A DNA stretch of 64,000 nucleotides from Lama guanicoe (taxonomy: Eukaryota): contig MU055549.1 of assembly GCA_013239625.1 (NCBI GenBank), forward strand, positions 6,885,693 through 6,949,692, read 5' to 3'. Every line of letters begins with the position of its first letter. The first letter of the stretch is position 1. The notes below the pieces were generated by a model. The model was not told the DNA's origin, did no database searches, and worked only from the letters and a program-made list of their open reading frames with translations. The translations under genes and the position numbers were made by a program. Below, one piece after another: positions 1-13,004 of this stretch.

Positions 1-914
1 TCTTGACACCCGTTCCAGGCCAGGAGTCCATTGATTCTGTAGGTTCAGATACCCTATGTGTGGAATGAACAAGAAATAAGAATTCATGCCTTTAAAAGAG
101 GGAAATGAAAGAACTACTACTCATTAAAATGAAAAAAAAATGAACTTAGCACTGGTTTTTCACTCTATCCAATAAGAAAAGCAGACATAGTTTAAAAAAA
201 AAAAGTTACCACAAAATTCTTGGCCCTATGCAAAATAGAATTGAATTCTTTTAGGCTGTTTGGTCCAAACTCTATGGTGAATGGGTTGATTCTCTTGTAT
301 CATGAGTTTGTAATAATGCTGTTCTCCCTTCACCATCACAGAACACAATCCATCAGCTTGGACACCACGCCTCACATGATTAAATCAGCCCCACATCCGT
401 TCAAGGGGCTTGTTGGCCTGGGTGCAGGAGCTGAGTTGGCCTGGCTGCACCGAGCACAACTTGGCCAGATGTTTGCAGCCAGTCCAAGCAAGAGAGTCAT
501 TTCCAATATCAGCCCTGTACCACGGACTTGGAGCAGGATTGCTGGTGGGCAGGGCCCTGCCTTTGTTTTGGTTTTGTTCTTTATGAATAGTTTGCACATG
601 AGTCCAGGGAGCTGGTCCAGCTACATCATTTTCTGTACATGAACCATTCCATTTTAAGGCCCAGGAACGCATGCACACCCACCATGGCCCCCGTGCTCAC
701 GCAGGACACACTGATTTCTGGGGCCTGTTGTGCTCCCGCGCCGGCCCTGCACAGCCAGGGTGTGCATTTGATGTCAGAAAACCCGAAAGCGCCGCCTCCA
801 GTGTCGGCGTCCCCGATTCTCAGGCCTCGCCCTGCGCCAAGGCAGAGGCTGGCTTCCTCCCTAATTTGTTCTGTTCCCGTGTAGGGCCCGTGTCCGGGGG
901 GCTCTCTGTCACCT

Positions 915-1260
915 CTTGTTCAATCCAGCAACCTTCTTTGAGGACCTACTAAGTGCTGGTGCTGTAGAGTAGGAAAAACAGATGCAAGACCCCATTCCCT
1001 TCATCCAGATGGATCCTATTCATTCTGGGGCCACTGCTGTTCAGTGTGTACCTACTGTGTGCAGGCACTGCTCTCAGCACTGAGGATATGTGTGGGGCAG
1101 GATGGCCACAGGCCCTGCTCTCCGGAAGCTTCCCTTTGTGTGGGCAGACACATAGTCAGCAGGAGCAGGGAGACCAGGTCAGAGTCATGCTCGGAAGACC
1201 AGAAGTTTGGGCAACAGGGGAGAGAGGACAAAAAGACCTCCCATGGGGAGGGGGCTTGAG
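915..1260 (-). mobile_element. L2 LINE 3'-end fragments
   Basis: gtacctactgtgtgcaggcactgctctcagcactgaggatat and gacctactaagtgctggtgctg resemble the reverse L2 tail. Confidence 0.6.
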
Positions 1261-3064
1261 AGACCCCAGAGGCTGGCTGTGTTGGCTGGGGCTGGGGACG
1301 GGGTCAGGCACTTGCACTGCTAAGTGGTACCCTGGGTGGCGGTCATCACCTAGAGTGGCCAGGTGCCTCCAAGGAGGGGCCGTCTCCCAGAGTCCCTGCT
1401 CCCTCTCCTCACCAGCTGGTGTCCTGCAATACTGTCCTCAAAGTCTATGGGAGGGAACATCTTGGTGGGGAGAAGGTGTCAAGTTCAAGGAGCCCATCGT
1501 TTTCCTATTGACATCCTAGTGACTTTTGGGCCCCTCACCAGCCCAGAGGGTCTTGGTACAAACCCTGGACTCATATGGAGACTCCCAGCCTCAGACTGGG
1601 CTATCTGTCGGGGCAGGGGGCGGGGGTGTCGCCATGGGATGGTCCTGGGGTGTGGGCACGAGATGGGGGCTGACTGTCCTTGAGTTTCTCAGCAGCCCTG
1701 TCACGTAAACACGACAGGTCATGGTGGGCAGCCCACCCTGTCTGTCTGGGAGCACTCAGGGGGCAGTGCAGTTAGGAGTGGGTGGCTGGACTGAGGGCCT
1801 GGCGGAGTAGTCCCAGGCCCTGCAGCTCGTATTCCGTGCCACCATCAGCAAGCACGTGGTTTCCCAGAAGCCTGTGACCTCTGTGCGCCTTGGGCCCAGG
1901 TAACCTGGGCTCTGTTTGGGGCCTTTGGCTCATGTCAGTCTTGACTGTTGGCAGAGTGATCGCTGTGCCCTTCCTGTGTGTCTTCCTTTTAAAAGAAGCC
2001 AGATGACCTGCTGTGAACCTGCCCTTGTGGCTCCTCAGGCCAACCGTGAATGGGGAGTGGGCACCCAGGGCTCCCGTGACGTGGCTGGCTCGCAGACCCG
2101 GGAAGTCCAGAGCGGAGAGCATCATGTCAGAGCCGCAGGAAGGCTGAGCCACCTGCAGCCCCACCCAAAACGCACTGCCCCGTCAGCGCTGACCGTTCTG
2201 GTAACTGGTAACGGAAGGGAGCGAGTTCCTGCCATCCCTTCTTTGCCAGGTTGGGAAGGAGGCTGCTCCTGCACGTGACCGGACTGGAGCTTCTCCCCCA
2301 AGGCTGCTCAGAGACGGAGTCTGCCTTCCAGTAACTCGCTTCTGTTTGTTCTACGCTAAGTGGAAAATGAGCTCTCACCACCCTGCCGCCCCCACCACCA
2401 TCCTCACACCTGCCAGGGACCAGAGCCCTGGCCGCGGGAGCGCCCTTCCTTCCCGTCCTGCCTGTGTGGCAGCCAGTCAGAAATGCCCCTTTCCTGGAGA
2501 CCGTGTTCCACTGCAGCCCCGTTGCGGTCCCGGTGTGGAAGGCATCACTGCTCAGACCCAGGGGTTAGGAGGGCCAGGCAGGCCCAAGGCTTCAGGTCCT
2601 TTGTTCCAAGATCTTTTCCTGACCACCTTAGTGCTGGATGCCAGGCACAGCATTTAGCTCACAGCATGTTTATCATTTAATGCTTCCTAATTATTTCCTT
2701 TGATAATGATATGACGTGAGCCTTTTTCTTTAGGATTACACCCAGGAGTTTCCATTCTTTCCAAATAAGGGAGATGTGGCAGCCTAGCTAGTGCCTGGCA
2801 TCCCGTGAGTGCCTTAACGGCTCTAAGCGTTCATCCTTCCTGCGTCCACAGAGTGACCTGACAGGCTGAGGCCTGGGAAGGGTGCTGACTGGAACTGCCA
2901 GAAGCCTGCCAGGTGGAACCCGGCCCCTGCGGTTTGCCAGCTGAGCCTCTGGCCAGTGCTGGTGAATGTAAAAACGTAAGCCGGAGAATCCAGCCGGCTC
3001 TGGTCCTGAACTGGACAGCAGGTATCCTACCTGGCATGGCCTGGACCCCTCCCATCCGTCCTAC

Positions 3065-3255
3065 ACATTAGAGTCACAAAGTACATTCACGCACCTTGTC
3101 GCGTTTCTTCCTCCTGGGATCCCTCTGAGATGGGCTCTGCTGACCCAACTTATACATGAGAAGAGTGAGGCTCGGGGGTAGGGCCTGCCCAAGGCCACAC
3201 CATGAGGAAGTGGCTGCACAGAGGGCCTGGAGCCCAGGTCTGTCTGGCTCCTGGC
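3065..3255 (-). mobile_element. MIR SINE
   Basis: catgagaagagtgaggctc...ctgcccaaggccacac...gagcccaggtctgtctggctc, reverse MIR core. Confidence 0.65.
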
Positions 3256-4749
3256 CTGATGCTGTCACCCTAGTGATGGACCCACAGCCCATCCGTCCTT
3301 GGCTATATTGGCAGAACCACTCGAAAGTAGAGGCTGGAGAGAGAGGCCTGGCTGCCTGGGCCCCGGGGGTGCCCAGCTGTCTCTGGTTCCAAAGACGCCC
3401 CTGTTCAGCATCAGAGTCTCCAAGCAGGGCCCTTCTGCCAGCCCCTGCCGTGCCCACCCTTCTTGGCCTAGAGGAAGCCAGCCGCCCCGGCCTCAGGCAC
3501 AGCTCTTTACAAAATCTGGAAATGTCCTTTCCTGGCCATGAGCTTGGGGCTTCATCAGAGAAACTCACCGAAGCCTCTGTGAGCTGGAATAGGGCTTCAC
3601 TCCCCAAAGTGGGCATAAAAATTATCAGCCAAAGTAGCTTCAAAGAGCAAAACAGGAGAGTGTGTTTGGGATACTGGGGGTGCAGACAGGCAGCCCCCAA
3701 GGCTCCTTTCAGCTGAGTTTTCTGCAGGGCCCCGGGGACCCTGTTGGAAAGTACTGTCCTGGCTTCATGGGCTCGTGGCTCCTCTTAGGGCTGCCAGCAG
3801 AGTCTCCTTCTGGCCGAGGCACTGGGTGCCCCTTGGGAAGACAAGCCTGTTCATCTGCAGTCCCTTGGAAGTATTTGGTTGGTGGAGGCCACACCCACAC
3901 AAGGCATCCTGTGCCTGTGTGCAGCCGTGGGCTGGAGGGGGACAGGAGGGGCCTGAGGCCAGGGGACTCGCCTGCAAACCTCAGCTGGAAAGAACACGTC
4001 TCCTCTCAGTGGCGGAGTGTTCCCCTGGGATTCCTCTGCTCTCCACATTGAGGAAATGGGCCTCGAGCTGGGGACCAGGGAGGGCAGGGGAACACTGCAG
4101 TTTCGGCCCTACGCCACAGTGTTTGTCCACAGCTGTGTGACCACAAACTATTCCTTCCCACTCGCACTGGACTCCTGATATTAACCCTGGTGCCCAGAAA
4201 CACCAGACCTCCTTCAATTCCTTGACTGTGCAGGTGAAGCCATTGAGGCCCAGAAAAGAGAAGTGGCTGTGCCGTGGTCACCCGGCAGCTTGTCGCCAGG
4301 GGGAACAGTCTGGGACCAGATTTGTGGGCGGCTTTGTACCAGGTTCCAAACTCCCCAAAGCCCACCGCAGAGAGGCCACAGCCACAGCCACTGCCACTTG
4401 GCAGCAGTGTGCACAGGACACGTCCCCGAGCTGCCCAGGCCCCCAGGGCTGCCGGTGGACAATCTGTGTGAGTGATAAGTCCTCTAAGCGCTGTTTCCGT
4501 TCAGACCAGTGGAGCAGAAACACTTGGGAAATGCTTGATCTTCCCCTCTGCAGGGACAGACTTGGGAAAGTCTCAGGCCTTACCTGGAATAGAGGGCTAG
4601 AGATGAAGAACCTGGAGAAATAGTTCCAGCCTAAGAATTCTCATTCTTCCTGTACTTGATAAGTCCGAATTGTGCTGGGTTTGAAATTCTTCAGCCACAT
4701 CCTTTGGAAGGGGGATCCTAGAGGGCAAGGACCATGGTCCCTGAGTCCA

Positions 4750-4812
4750 TGGAGCTCAGGACAGCACCTGGCACACAGTAGGTGCTTCATCGATGCAGAT
4801 GAATAAAGGAAC
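4750..4812 (+). mobile_element. L2 3' tail
   Basis: agcacctggcacacagtaggtgcttc...gatgaataaa. Confidence 0.6.
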
Positions 4813-5979
4813 CAGTGAGCGAAGGCCCCAGGGGTTAAAAAATGGCCTCCAGGCTTAGCTCTTCCTGATGGCTGGGCCTGGCACGAACATTGCAGGCTCG
4901 GTGGGCAGGGGCCGCATGAGGCACCACGTGTCAGTGTTGGAGAAGCCGGGGATCTGCTGATCTTCAGCAGGTGTCTTCAGCGAGGGTCACCAGGCAGCTC
5001 CAGAGCGGTCAGGCCCCAGGGCAGGAGGTCAGCTGACTGCAGGGCATTGCCCTGAGGAGGAAACGAAGAGGCTGCTGGGCTGGGATGTCCGCCGGGAGGC
5101 CAGGCAGAGGAGGAGGCGGCGGGAGAGTGGTGTGCTCAGTCTGGGCCCTGGGCCTGTCTGCGGGCTTATGCTTTTGTTCAGCCGCTGGGCTTCCAGTCGT
5201 GGGACCTGTGGGTCAGGAGCAAGCCTGGGCCACGGCTGTGCCCTTGTACCGCTCACCTGGCAGCCCTTCTCAGCTGCATCCCTGCCTGTCTTGTGCAGCT
5301 CGGAGGCCACAGCATACTTAGGAGGACTCCAGGTGGTGCCCTCAGGCTGCTCTGCCCCTCCTGGCCTCCTACCCTTCGGGCCAGAGGGAAATGGAGCAGG
5401 GGATGTGAGCTAGGCAGTCGGCCTTGACTCCTGGTTGCAGGCTGACAGCAGGACCATCAGAGGCTCTGAAAGGGTGGGCCAAGGAGTGACCTTGCTCTGC
5501 TCCCTGTAGCACAGAGACAGAAACTGGCCGAAAAGGACAAAGGGTGTGCTCTGCCTGAGTGCTGCTGGCCTGCTCTGCCTCATTGCCGCCTTAACTGCTG
5601 CAGCTTTGTCTTTGGGGTGGTTTGGGCGGGAAGCAGCCTCTGAAGGGAGGTTGGGGAGCCCTTGGGGAAGGGAGATGCGTGAAGCCCAGCACTCCACACT
5701 GTTCTTCCTTCCTTGTCACTCATGGCTGAGGGCAGGAGAGGGGTCTGGAGCACACTAGGTCCACTTTAGGATGAGCTCTTTCCTTTCAGATGAGCCTCTA
5801 CCTCTTAAAACAAACACCAATGGCTGAGGGAGGCTGACTTGATAGGGGAACTGGGGATGTTTGTACTGTGGAGATAGAGGCTGCAAACTGACCATCAGCA
5901 GAAGAAATGTTTCCTCATCTAGAGTAGGCCCCTTGGGGAGACACGAGGTAGAAGAGGAACAATGCTTTTGGAATTCAGT

Positions 5980-6170
5980 GGACCAGCGTTTGAATCTCAG
6001 GCTCACCACTCTCTGGCCAGGTAACCACTCTGAGCCTGAGTTTCCTCATTTGAAAATGGGGATGATAACTTACCTCGCAGGGCTGGTGTGAAGATCACAT
6101 AAGCCAAAGCGTGAAAAGCATCTAGCACATCTGGCCACACTGTGGATGCTCAGCAGATGGTAGCTGCTGC
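5980..6170 (+). mobile_element. MIR SINE
   Basis: ctctgagcctgagtttcctcatttgaaaatggggatgataa...cctcgcagggctggtgtgaagat core and 3' part. Confidence 0.8.
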
Positions 6171-6177
6171 CGGCAGT

Positions 6178-6380
6178 TATCACCACCCTTGTGGTCACCT
6201 TCATCATCACCGCCATCACCACCACCACCACCGTCACCTTCATCATCCCCGTTATCATCACCACCATCACCTTCATCATCAGCATTATCACCACCATCAC
6301 CTTCATCATCAGCTTTATCATCACCACCATCACCTTCATCACCATTAGCAACATCACCATCACCTTCTTGATCATCATCT
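6178..6380. repeat. (CAT/CAC)n triplet-based minisatellite with 30-39 bp higher-order unit
   Basis: Recurrent atcaccaccatcaccttcatcatc unit, directly after the MIR tail. Confidence 0.9.
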
Positions 6381-6887
6381 AGCATACAGAGTCCAGTCAG
6401 GACACTTAGAGGACAGCCTCATGCCTGGCTCTGTGAATCGTAGTGGAGGACACCTCTCACCTCTCGTGTACTACAATGACCTGGGCTTCTGCCCCTTCAA
6501 GAAGACTCACCTTTGGCCTGTTCCAACTGGTGGAAAGTTCTTCCTTATAGGGAGAGGCCCCGTGTTACTGGCTGTCTTCTTAGCACTTACTCTGGGAGCA
6601 AGGCAGAGCCTACACTATCTTAAAATTATCCTATACCTAATTATATTACTAAGAATAAAATATCCTGGCTCCGTTAGGGAGAAAAGTCATCTGGTAGATA
6701 ATTATGTCATCTGCACACGTCGCCAAATCGTCTTGTTATGACTTTAGCTTTTAATGCTATAAATATCTCAGAAGGTGACTGGAGACCTGAGCGCACAGAG
6801 GAGAAAGAGCTAGCGTAGGGGTCATCCCCACCTCTGTCGTCCACTGGCTGCATGGTCCTGGGCAAGTAACTTCTCTGGGCCTTGGGG

Positions 6888-6956
6888 GTTTCTGTTTTTT
6901 TTTGTTTTTTGGGTGTTTTTGGTTTGGTTTGGTTTTGGCTTTGTTTGTTTTTCTTG
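6888..6956. repeat. T/G-rich low-complexity tract
   Basis: gtttttttgttttttgggtgtttttggtttggtttggttttgg... Confidence 0.75.
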
Positions 6957-7669
6957 AAAAATGGGGCTAACCTAGTGGAGGCATCGTGAGGACTGGAGAT
7001 ACACAGCATCGTTCATGGGGCAAATATGCATTCAGTAAATGTGCGTTGCTTTCGGAGCTGGAAGGAACAGGGGGAATAAAGTGCACACTCCCAGCGCAGA
7101 CCAAGGGCCAGGAGAGCGCCACGCTGTCAGACCGAGCTCGAGGGGGCAGCTATCTGGTCGGGAATCCTGCCGTCTTCCAGTTGGGCACTGCTCACGGCAG
7201 GCGTCCTTCGCACAGTTGTGTGAACATGGGCTCAGGCTTAATTTGGAGGTTTGTTTAGAGCTGGCATTGTCCAAATCTGTGCAGTTGTTGGGATTTTGGC
7301 AGTACCCCATGGTATGCTCTGGAGGAAAAACATGTTAGGAGAAACAGCTGCTGACTCACGTGGAGGCGGGGCTGGCCGGGATCGTGTTTTCCGCTTCCCA
7401 CCGCTGCCTTTGATGCCGGGGCCAACGTGCCGGGCAGCACCCTCTCCACCCATCCCCCTGTCGTGGTTGGTCAGGTGGGTGGTCAGAGGGTGCCAGGTCG
7501 GTCCAGGAACAATGCAGGGACCTCTGCTGAGGGCAGTGTGCTGATGTCTACTGAGACGACAGTTTTTCCTCTAGGAAGACAGCATGAAAACTTCCAATAA
7601 TCAGGGCAGCTTTCTTTGCTCCCAGTTTTGAGGATGAAGAGATGCAGAAGGTTCTAGTTGGCACCCATA

Positions 7670-7800
7670 ATTCTCAGAACTTGAAGGGACCTTCATCTAA
7701 TCCTGTCCTTGTGCATCTGGGGGAACTGAGGCCCAGAGAGGAGAGCTCTTTGCCCGGGGTCACATAGTGAGTCAGTTGGTGACAGGGCGGTGACTAGCCC
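7670..7800 (-). mobile_element. MIR SINE
   Basis: gggaactgaggcccagagag...tgcccggggtcacatagtgagt. Confidence 0.7.
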
Positions 7801-8119
7801 CTGGTCCTCCATCGCTCTGTTGTCTGCCCTCCCCGCCTTGGCACCTTCCGCAGCGGGCCTGCAGCTGTTCCTGCAAGTTGGCAGGGCTGGGCTCTCATCG
7901 CCCACTGGTCTCATCCTGTCTCCCAGGCCCGCGCCCTGAGCCTCCAAGTTCCTCTCTTGTTGTGGCGAGCACTTTCCACTGGCCTCTGCAGTGACGCTGC
8001 ACATTCCTCAAGGGCTGGGATGCTTCTCTCTCTTCCCAGGGCAGCTTCCCACGACGGCTAATCCTTGCCAGGCCTCTTTGCGGCTAGAGGAGCCCTGAGC
8101 AGGCGGGGCAGGTGGCTGC

Positions 8120-8450
8120 GCCCGAGTTCTGCTAGTGCGACTTTCTGCTCTAGGACCTCGGGCAACTTACTTAGCCTCTCTGAGCCTGCCTGCTCATCTG
8201 CAAAGTGAGGATAAGAAGAGCACGTTTCCAGGCTTGTCGCTGGTGGGGGTGCAGTCGAGGTCTCCACTGTCCCTGTTAGTGGCCTCTCCCTACCGAAGCC
8301 TCGTGACAATTACCCTTGAGGTCTTGTGGCAATCCCACCAGGTGAGCTGGCCAGAGGCTATTACTGCCATTTCACAGATGGGGAGATGGAGGCTCCAAGG
8401 GGAGAGGAGCTGGGTGATGACTTCATAGCAGGTGGTGTAGAGCCAGGCCA
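8120..8450. mobile_element. Two MIR fragments in opposite orientation (+ about 8120-8215; - about 8325-8450)
   Basis: ctcgggcaacttacttagcctctctgagcct...catctgcaaagtgaggataa and ccatttcacagatggggagatggaggct. Confidence 0.65.
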
Positions 8451-9479
8451 AGACACAGCAGGCTGACGCTCAGCCACCCTCCCCTTGGACCCACCTCCCC
8501 CAGGCTCTCCTCTCCACGGAGACCATGGGCTTGTGGGTGCTGGGCACGCTGGTCTGGGGGCAGCCATACCCATCCGCCCCTCTCCGTTTTGGAGGTTTCC
8601 TGCCCCAGGCTGGGGCCTTTGCTGTGCCTTGGCCCATGCTCTCAAACTCGGGGGTTTCCTGCAAGCATTTCCAGAGTTTTCAGCATCTTTGCTTCCCAGA
8701 AGCTTCGATGGCCCCAGTGCTCCCAGAAAGAGGGCTTTCTCGACGAGGAAGCGTGTGCCATCGTGTCCTGCAGAGACGAGTGGATCCTCAACATGAGGAG
8801 AGAAGGCAGGAGTCTGGGGGCGGCTTCACAGGCAGGGCTCCCGTGCACTTCCTGGTGCTGCTGTCTCACCCCCACCCACTTCCTCTCCCACCCTCGCCCC
8901 ACCCTGATCGCCCTGCTGGCTGGTAGCTGAGTAGCGACCAGCATGCTCCTTGTTTGCCTCCCTGGTGGTCCAGGCACTGCAGTAGGGAACCCTGACCCCA
9001 GTCCATGACCATCCCTGGGTCTGAAAGCTCCTACTGTGTGTCTCTCAGGAGTGCGGAGGCACTTCCTGGGCGCATCCCGGGTCTCCCTAGGCACTTGCAG
9101 CCAGGTGCCAGGGTGGCCGTGGGTGCCTTCCCCCTGCTCTGCTGCGCCCCAGCTGGGGCACTGGGCTCCCATGGCAGTGTGTGGGGACGTGCATTCGTTC
9201 CTCCCAGCTGGCTGGTGACTCAGTCATGTTCGTGTAAAGGACCCAGCACCTGGTGGGCCCTCAGCAGATTCCCTTCCCTTCCTTCTCTGGCCTGCCCATT
9301 CAGAGGGCGCCCCAGTTAATTTGGGGCCTCAGAATGGACACATCAGCATCCAGCTCGATGTCCTGAGGCACCTGATCGTCGCGGTGTGGGGTTAGGAGCA
9401 GGAGAAACGGCCACGGCCTAGCGGCCTAGCGGCCCAGGCAGCTGCTCGGAGGGGGGACCTGCAGTGGCTTTCTGCCAGC

Positions 9480-9600
9480 CATTCACTCACATTGCTGAGG
9501 CGCAAATTCTGCATTGATAATAATAAAGCTGAGTATCTCAGGGAAGTGGTACAAATTAAATGAGATGGTATTTCAGAAGTGCTTGGCAGAGTGCCCGAGA
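9480..9600 (+). mobile_element. MIR SINE 3' part
   Basis: ataataa...tctcagggaagtggtacaaattaaatgagat...aagtgcttggcagagtgcc. Confidence 0.6.
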
Positions 9601-10485
9601 CCTCGCCCCCAGCGCCCTTCATCACGCCCGGCCCTTCCCGACTGGACTCCTCAGAGGCGGGGCTGGTCTCCGCCTGCTCTGGGCTCCCAGGTGGGGCTTG
9701 GTGCCTGCCAGGAGGTTGACCATGTCACCCTGTCGTGGTCCCAGGGGCTGATTCCAAGGGTGCCTAGGCACCTGGGATCCTGTGGATGGGGCCTCACTTT
9801 AGACCTTGGGAGAACGGCGTCCGTGCCTTCAGACTTTGGCTCTCTGCTTGTCACAGGCACGTCTGCGGTGGGGAAAAGACGTCAGCAGTTCTCCTAGGAT
9901 CCCTGGGCATCCATCGTGCCTGCTTCCAGCCTCCGATAACCGTGTGAATCACCCTGGTGTCACAGGCTGACGTCTCAGAAGGAAGGGGGGGTCAGGGTTC
10001 ATGGGAAGGGGGTGGTCCCTCCGCAGCAGGAGGAGACCTTGGGAGAGAGCCGCAGAGAGTGACCATCGCCACCTGGGCTGGAGGGCAGGGATGCTGAGTC
10101 ACCCGGAACCCCTGTGTCTCTGGTGAGCCCAGTCTCGTGTCTTCAGCTCTCGGCCTAAGATCCCAAAGGCCCAGGGCTGGAAGCAAAAGGAGCGAGGGAG
10201 GAAAAGGAATTGGTGGCACGACAGTGGGAGAGCCCCAGCTTGGGGCAGCTGCTCAAAAAGGTTCCGTTTGTTCTAGGATTCTTTCTGTGCATGGCTGTAA
10301 ATTGCGTATCTTCCTCCCTCTTGTCAGGCAGTAAAGACCTGGGGAACCCACTGGGGCCAGAGCAGATTTAGCTAGTCTGCACTGAAGCTGTGGTGGGAAT
10401 GCTCTCTCAGGTGCCTAGCGAATGCCCAGGAGGACAACGAAGCCTCCAGGTCGGAGGGAGAAATGCTACGGTGTTGAGACTAGAG

Positions 10486-10656
10486 CAGTTTCTCAGCTTC
10501 AGCGCCATTAAATTTGGGATGCGATGATTCTTGGTTGGAGGGAGGGGAGCTGTCCACACTGTGAATCCCTGCCTCTACCCAGAGATGCCCATAGCTCCCA
10601 CCTCCCCTGAGTCGTGACAGTCACCTGGAGGTGATGTTGTGGGTTGAGAGCTACTG
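10486..10656 (-). mobile_element. MER20-like hAT-Charlie DNA transposon with target-site duplication
   Basis: Termini cagtttctcag / ttgagagctactg, internal cctctacccagagatgcc; flanked on both sides by ACTAGAG (10479-10485, 10657-10663). Confidence 0.75.
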
Positions 10657-13004
10657 ACTAGAGTGAAAGAAAGATCTTGGCCTCCCTGGTGGCTGTAGCC
10701 CCTGGGGCCCTGTTACGTGTCTGGCCTCAGACAGGACATCTGATTCTTCTGGGCTGGGCAGTGGCAAGGGAGAGGTGCCTTCTCAGCGCCACTCAGCTCA
10801 AGTGCCATGCAGGGCAGCTGGGGCTGGGCCACGCGGCGTCCAGTTACCTAGAGATACAGGCAGTGCAGGGCTTCCGCCCCTGAGACGGCTTTGATAGCTT
10901 TGTTCTCCCCATCCCTGAATCTGTGTCCCCGGGGGCTGGGAAGGATGGTGACACTGTCTGATGGCTTCTCGGCCCACTTCTCCTGCCGGCTCCCGGGCAG
11001 TGCCAGGGTGTCCCCAGAGCCCCTCCAGGGAGGCCAGGCCAACAGGCGTTTTGCCAGACAGCTGCCAGCAGTGCACGTCGCTGCTTTTCATCAGAGACGG
11101 CGCCTGAGTCCCCTGCCAAGGCCCAGAGCCATCTTGCCCATTAATCAGGATTTCAGGATGCTCGGGGAGATCTTAGCAACTGCCTGGCACAAGCCCTCCG
11201 CGATCTACCGTCACCTGTCTGCCCTCAGAGCTGGCCCTGTCCACTGCCCCTCCGGGGAGCCCGCCTGGCAGGACACTGCCACACCAGGGCCACCCCACCC
11301 CTGAAACCCTCCCAGGGACTAAGACCGCATCTCTCAGCAGGACCTGAGGAGCACTGGTTAGAATTAATGTGATTTTTATTGTAATTCTCAGTTTTCGATT
11401 TTTTGAAAACTTGAAAGAGAAGAAAGAAGCTGGACCAGTGGTCTCAGACATCCCCTTCAGGAAGACGCTGAGAACAGGAGAGGGGTAGCCACAGAGCCCA
11501 AGGTACACGGACGCCTCCAGGGAGCCCCTGGGCTGGCTGGCCCCAGCTGCTTGTTTCTGCACAGACGGCTCAGCCCAGCTCCTCGCGGGGCCCCGGTGCA
11601 CCCTGAGGCTCCCCTGGGGAGACCGAGCCTGGCCACTGTTCTGCTGGTGCCCCCAAAGCAGGGGACCTCTGCTGGGGTCATTGCCTGGCAGACCTGGCTT
11701 CTGCCCCACAGACAGACAGCCATGTGGTTCCTTTCCCTCTTGCTCAGAGAACGTGAGTGTAGGCTCTGCGGGTTCTGGGTACCCAGGTGGGGGCCACCCT
11801 CACCCACTCAGGGGCAGGCACTCTGGGCACGCCATCCCCTCTGTCTCTGTCTCCCTGGCTTCCTGACCAAGCAGGCTCTGGGTGGAAAAGCCGGCCCAGG
11901 CTGCCCCTCCTCTGCATCCCCCACACCCCATTTCCATCACTGCTTCCTGCCCTCTTAGATCAAATTCCTGGGCTTTGCCAGTCTCTCCAGATGCCCCTTC
12001 CCACCGCCATCTGGGAAACCGGCATCCCCAGCCTGTTGGAGCAACCTGGGGAGGTGGCCTCTGGCCTCCCTCTGTGGCAGAAACCTTTGAGTGGTGCATT
12101 TCTGAGACGTTCCTGGGGGAGGACCTCGTGCAGCAGCGCGGATACCCGGGTAATTTGGAGAAGGGCTGCTGAATGCTGCGCAGGTCACCCGGAAGTAACG
12201 TGCATTTCGTTGAAAGAACAGAGTTGCCACCCACATCTTCGTCCACTGCTGGGCTAGGAGCTGTCCTGGAATTCTAAAGGGCACTGGAGAGGAAAGAGCG
12301 AGTGCAGGGAGGGTTCCATTTCTGGGGGTTCTGATTTGCCCTCATGGAGCCGGAGCTCGTTTTTTTGCTGGCAGAGCTTCTGAGGGGGTGGGGGCCACTT
12401 GGTCATGCTGTGGTTAGTGGTCGCAGTGTCGGCTATCTCTGGCTGAGGCTGAGTGTGTGCCACGCACTTGCGGCTCTGCAAGGTCACTTTCCTTGTCACA
12501 GCTTCCCAGGTGAAATAGGCCCAGAGAGGCAGAGTGACTGAGCCCTGGACAGGCAGCTAGAGAGTGGCCAGACCTGGGGCCCTTCTTCCCCCTGACTATG
12601 ACTCTCCAGGTTGCTGTCCACTGGGCATCCTGGGTGTAGGCATGGGTGGTGAATTTACCCAGCAATACATCAGCCTGGAGCAGGTCTGTGAAACTGCAGA
12701 CTGGCCCAGTCCCACCCACACCAGGTTTGCTCTCTCTTCCTGGGCAGGTTTGGAGGCCTTGAATACATGTAAGGAATGCTAGAATGTTCCAGAGACCCAA
12801 GGGGCCAGGCTTTTCTGGGCTGATGTCGGAGTGGGTCCTATTCCTTCCAGAGACCCTCTGCCTCTGAGGATGGGGTGACGGTCTGAAGGGGACCCATCCT
12901 CCCAGACTGCCAGCCATCCCTGAAGAGTCCAACATTCGCAGTCCGGCCTCGTCTTCTGAGCCTTCCGTCTTCACTCCTCCCCAAGAGCAGCCGGGGAGGG
13001 ACCA

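Noticed and set aside
6070-6385. Poly-His, Asp/Gly, Met/Val and Ser/Pro ORFs in several frames
   Set aside because: Translations of the CAT/CAC triplet repeat; open in many frames for compositional reasons, with no splice or homology support.
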